Source: a virus | DNA: 64,000 bases | Strand: one strand, 5' to 3' | IMG/VR virus record: IMGVR_UViG_3300045988_011313 | Coordinates: 32,001 to 96,000 of that record | Part shown: positions 63,901 to 64,000 of the stretch, piece by piece | Position numbering within the stretch: the first letter of the stretch is position 1 | How the letters are laid out: each line of letters begins with the position of its first letter | The notes under the pieces: generated by a model | Database searches by the model: none | Told to the model about the DNA's origin: nothing | What the model saw: the letters and a program-made list of their open reading frames with translations, nothing else | Program-made: the position numbers and the translations under genes

Positions 63901-64000
63901 GTATGAGCAAGTACCTTATCATCCTGACCTCTAACCATATTAAGAGTGTTGATAGCACCTTCAATGGCTCTTACATTCTTATCTGCTTGCTTATATCTAT
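57942..64000 (-). CDS. Giant polyvalent-type protein (>2018 aa; N-terminus beyond the window's 3' edge) with PD-(D/E)XK nuclease, HExxH metallopeptidase and a C-terminal ART-like domain
   Basis: The frame stays open upstream of the track's Met at 63938 as far as nt 64000. Nuclease: GEVDILSIDKDGNFRIYDVKTS (~60180-60240). Metallopeptidase: TAYHEAFHAVF (~59046-59060). C-terminus: PLVVYHGSAKQFNAF...GFYFTNKRKIAKDYY...GYDSVLF...IVFNPNQIKSA (~57990-58560). Confidence 0.8.
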   Translation of the reverse strand, partial: RYKQADKNVRAIEGAINTLNMVRGQDDKVLAHTLATSPKFVDGLIKEINEVDETVLSADEKADITTKLNDIVKLGNASKTYNAKLKEYLKNPQKQAEDHARADEQAAQQEAKKKSDDLKASLNAAQNLQEFRSTIDAQDDTENRDRVLKELEDGGSEMAKNYRETSQYNNEVKRVLNESDAEPQVKQDAMKLLQDQFSNSEKLEQLANPNSIYINNENAFDEDSEGDVELSATRFQEAQYELQKAMSQVNNDNRFKDRFSPEYKKPVEKREGTVRGDDRTTTGDSGTSTTPTVTSSEGLPTTELPVGNITAEMVNEENKKANERVETPQRPSRDTSNQFYRPAIPELHIEASKEGDFRPFDIVVGEREKGVDFSGIYGYLRDSGAFRYLNEGNLKAGDELGFMIDPSFNDHTIFIIDKRNGQVVGSLDESDYSVSRYEGLKGLEEKIRKEYAERGSQSSKPSGNESQAEDRFNFNIKRGTREANYNVTPHKKIDNNGNTVITYSAKLTYVKGAPKGHQEGEIRTLEDGKAFIELDFDDIDFAEYAAGTRRQDGTVVTKNNATKEEIEEGKETIIALLTNQFTNRPNTDIRKIIITKDGRVFVDFSINKDLRVPLKKEAVDKYVTKSISTKGKFIATPVTKVSKVMVGRIPYGNTERSLSEIPNVSSTDRKPIFGIIKNGVLTTNSKIDDSLIIKPVDMSQKEGRLYLLIPNGAGKYSPAAVRVKHFNNEEFNLNDSSVSSTPVGEDIKNAITKLSTATSQDDVSAAMQDLAQDLYMQDIMVTWFSSKAGDGIVISKKVRKPDGTYEKVTIDGKEQIKEDKYDVYFSTSSKSAEIGGINFDATALEDLGDTSALGTPKNPEDIYNEILGHLVKFNLPLQVSTRRINEGAYNNRLINSNILTSNITEASVRSTWFTTDYFDNEGNLHQAISPASVAPQPKRKIETPVGGTEGAIKGIYMQPAGFTYPVYVDLSTHTIRDNQGKTVIINEYSTKLLFDLAWAQDNFGDATASSMMVDNKVLTPDGKVLDRSKQVYLSGQDAQDVKDAIAGRKKEKEDRVAKSKEVISEIYENQKRVDKTKTDGEFYYVLEDDGEYHQYSRVHSRLGSNWVESDKQTKALELARLNLSKFVDNPTQYENYLKYLENKFKVDLTAYRGKTDAKSRDTIVNIVRDKMSGTNSQRALDAGSAVDSIIRQYFTIRDVSKIVRPSNMSENAFIDLITTLNRIKSNMEQMGERFLADNIVLFQKYSDGTRVAGEVDILSIDKDGNFRIYDVKTSRYSFYDFTDIYGHKVNYFTTPSATQRMSAKDYYTLQLSAYKNLFESQYGVPVTKLAVMPFVLSYNKEKVSAVQSEKGIPITYNPAVNVPLASAVKVNKSTETPATPAQAQTVLPIFETSLETQNPIEDLTPEHSMNNADEGVGYFELDGKLHKGYLTPIAGITEVDVHITKVPNITKGFGRQGEAAHVASNNYYAVFPNGKTFLLIRNNPVQGGMSESQVEDSIRKTLLGNPQRMRDLASEKTILFDPDAVPTVSATPITTVETPATINQGNTQTGAAYTAQKEQAINDSDEEFEDVLTLRKAKDTTETPVWNQEKELKWLNKVLPQLSEQDRVKIVKGLIKVGKRGTLAWGQFDKGVITLSNIAAEGTAYHEAFHAVFNLLLDNDERQALYDEARKLYGEKDNLSLEEDMAEGFREYVTTRQNAGLLGKIKNFFKDLWIKVTNWNSVRPHLTAYYQMINRGEYSNRELPVETLSQAKARQEEYFKEMQDILANAKRDSEGNLLAPNGKKSNLTERQYAQVRTKAFKDWFGDWENNPNEASKVVDENGEPLVVYHGSAKQFNAFKLGKIGSMSGDKSGFYFTNKRKIAKDYYSKETGSALGNLKLLFHIGNEYKSSVYDVFLNSKNPYIIKVSDKEYITREQIIKEAKEQGYDSVLFNNVIDGPTVRQDVRIVFNPNQIKSAIDNVGIFSRTNDDIRYREVPNSSFESLDTGMQENLLKKGWTEEKFDSISQEERNQAVKCIAF

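Noticed and set aside
1-64000. Stop-codon reassignment (TAG or TGA recoding), as reported in some crAss-like lineages
   Set aside because: ORFs of 719, 770, 1351, 1998 and 2449 aa are uninterrupted in the standard code. None of the tRNAs has a CTA, TCA or TTA anticodon. The single in-frame TAG sits in a gene that is also frameshifted.
1-64000. Lysogeny or mobility functions (integrase, repressor, transposase, att sites)
   Set aside because: I found no recombinase or transposase motifs in any ORF. The tmRNA is complete, not a 3' attP-like fragment.

Overview
The window reads as a fragment of a crAss-like (Crassvirales-type) tailed phage of a Bacteroidota host. It is AT-rich, strongly CpG-depleted, densely coded in the standard genetic code, and has three transcription blocks. 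(1) 1-9980, minus strand: a partial large terminase that runs off the 5' edge and is absent from the ORF track, small late-module ORFs, and a 4.6-kb array of 28 tRNA genes interrupted by an HNH endonuclease, a Dps-like ORF and small membrane ORFs. (2) 10487-57741, plus strand: small early ORFs; an RNA island with 2 tRNAs and a complete tmRNA; a membrane/lysis-like cluster; a replication and nucleotide-metabolism module (SF2 and DnaB-like helicases, primase, UDG, nucleases, NrdD/NrdG, dUTPase, family A DNA polymerase, ThyX, thioredoxin, kinase/phosphatase pair); then two giant ORFs, the first carrying the DFDVD motif of the crAss-type virion RNA polymerase. (3) 57942-64000, minus strand: a giant polyvalent-type ORF that runs off the 3' edge. 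The most interesting items are a co-translated JAB/MPN + ThiF/E1-like cassette (candidate ubiquitin-like conjugation system) inside the replication module, a phage tmRNA with a divergent tag, two paralogous tRNA-like genes that lack a D-arm, a CpG-rich foreign island, and a decayed DUF3310 gene. I folded all RNA genes, promoters and terminators by hand, so their coordinates are good to about +/-2 nt. Protein calls rest on motifs I could read directly; no database search was possible.
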